From assembly GCA_964276515.1 (NCBI GenBank), contig OZ193909.1, forward strand, positions 372,001 through 436,000: a stretch of DNA of 64,000 bases. Reading direction: 5' to 3'. Each line of letters starts with the position of its first letter. Positions within the stretch are counted from its first letter, which is position 1. Source of the stretch: Gordius albopunctatus (Eukaryota). Shown piece by piece: positions 62,401 through 64,000 of this stretch. The notes beneath the pieces were generated by a model. That model was not told where the DNA came from. It ran no database searches and was given only the letters and a program-made list of their open reading frames with translations. The position numbers were made by a program, and so were the translations under genes.

Positions 62401-64000
62401 ATTTTTATAATATTTACTTTTTAATATTATTTTAAAAAATCGGTCATAATTATTTTTGGGGAAATCTTAAAGATCAAAAAGGATTTTTATTAAAGAGTAG
62501 GATTGTTTTTATCCTATTTTTCTAAGCTATTTACAAATCATCGCGGATTAATGTATCAATTTCGTTAAAATACACTTTGATGAATAAATTAATTTGAGTA
62601 TCTGTTGTTTGAATGATCTTTAAATTATTTTTACATTGCATTAATAACATATCAATCATTATATTAAGTCATTCTAATATCAATATAATAGCTGATGAAC
62701 CGTAAAAAATTATATTTTTAAACTAGTTTATTTATAAAAATTAACCAATATTTATTTCATACAAAAAAATTTCACAAAATTAATAATATTTTCTATTAAA
62801 AAAATTTAAAAAATGTTAAAAATCGTTTAATTTAATTGTTTTTCTTAATAGTTTTAAAATGTCAATAAAAAAAATATTAATAAAGACATTGTTTGTCAGC
62901 TATATATTTTTAAAAAGTCTTTTAAGGGAAAAAATAATTTTTATTATATTAGGTCACTCATATACAATTGAGAAAAAGCTTTTGAATTTCAAAGATTTCT
63001 AATTTCTTAAAACTTTTTAAATTTTTATTTTATTAAATCTTTTCTTTCCCAATTTTTTAAAGATTTTCTTTGTTTTTAATGGCCCATTTTCGAGAATATA
63101 ATAATTTAATTTAAGAAAAAATCAATTGTCACCCTCTCAAAACGATTTGGCATGCTATGACATCTGAATATTAAAAAGGCAGGGTTTTTGTAAATAATTC
63201 TTTTTAAAAAAGTTAAAAACTATTTTACATTTCAAAAATCACCCCGATCAATATAGTTGTATATCGAAACTATTTTTTACCAAATATCAATTAAAGTAAT
63301 AAAAAATTTCAAAATGTTTTTCCAATTTTTACGAAATTCTTAGAGATAGTTATGAAAAAAGGGCATTATTATTCAAGAAATGTCCAAATTTTAACGACTT
63401 GGCACATTAATGAGGGTTATTTTTGTGGAAAAATTATAAATTAAAACCACATTTCTAGGCTTTATGAAAAGTCAAAAGCAAATATAACATTTTTTATAAA
63501 TCGCAAACAAATCCTTAAAAGTATTAAAAATGAAACTTTTCATCTTTTCCCCCTTTTTTAAACCGCGATAATTGAAAATTAATATTAAATTGCAAATCTT
63601 AGAAAAATGGCTAAAAATAGTTGGTATTCATAACCAAGCAAAATCCTTGGGGATTTACTAGTGACAAAATTTTATTAGCAAAGTGCAAAACATTGCTTAT
63701 TTATAATGTTTAAAATAATAAATAAGAAATTAGTGTAAAACAAGTTTTCAGAATAAATACTTAAAAAATATTATAAATAATGCTTGTTTATAAATAAAAA
63801 AAATTTAATAGACCTTTTCCAAAAAATATTATTAAATACAATTTTAATTGATAAATAATTATTTCCTTAAAGTAAATTAAAATTATGAAATCAATAAATA
63901 AAAATTTTTGAGTTTGTTGTAAAAGCATAATAATTATAGAGTAATTATAGTTAAAAGGAAAGTTTTTTTTGCTGTCGTCAAATGTAATTTATGCAATGTA

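Overview
Very AT-rich eukaryotic (invertebrate animal-like) genomic DNA with spliced genes, some with very short introns, and dense transposon debris. The host genes were reconstructed by hand. (1) A + strand type-I membrane protein with a Cys-rich/EGF-like ectodomain, a Thr/Pro stalk, one TM helix and a cytoplasmic SH3 domain (~3.0-8.9 kb). (2) An M13/neprilysin-family gene whose HExxH zinc motif reads VELMK, so a probable pseudo-peptidase (9.8-14.8 kb). (3) A - strand La-motif + RRM + C-terminal RRM-like gene (La/LARP family) that the ORF track mostly misses, with 36- and 39-nt introns (15.1-19.6 kb). (4) An orphan intronless coiled-coil ORF. (5) Two convergent allatostatin-A/galanin-type GPCRs. 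Mobile DNA includes a decayed hAT transposase and many hAT MITEs with 8-bp TSDs, a piggyBac-type MITE, a non-autonomous Helitron, Gypsy gag/pol relics forming an inverted duplication, a solo LTR, and an RTE LINE with the RT core deleted. There are also three CRE-like (restriction-like endonuclease) non-LTR relics and a young LTR element with an open Gag-protease-integrase-tail ORF but no RT/RNaseH/IN core. No database searches were run; family calls rest on motif recognition.
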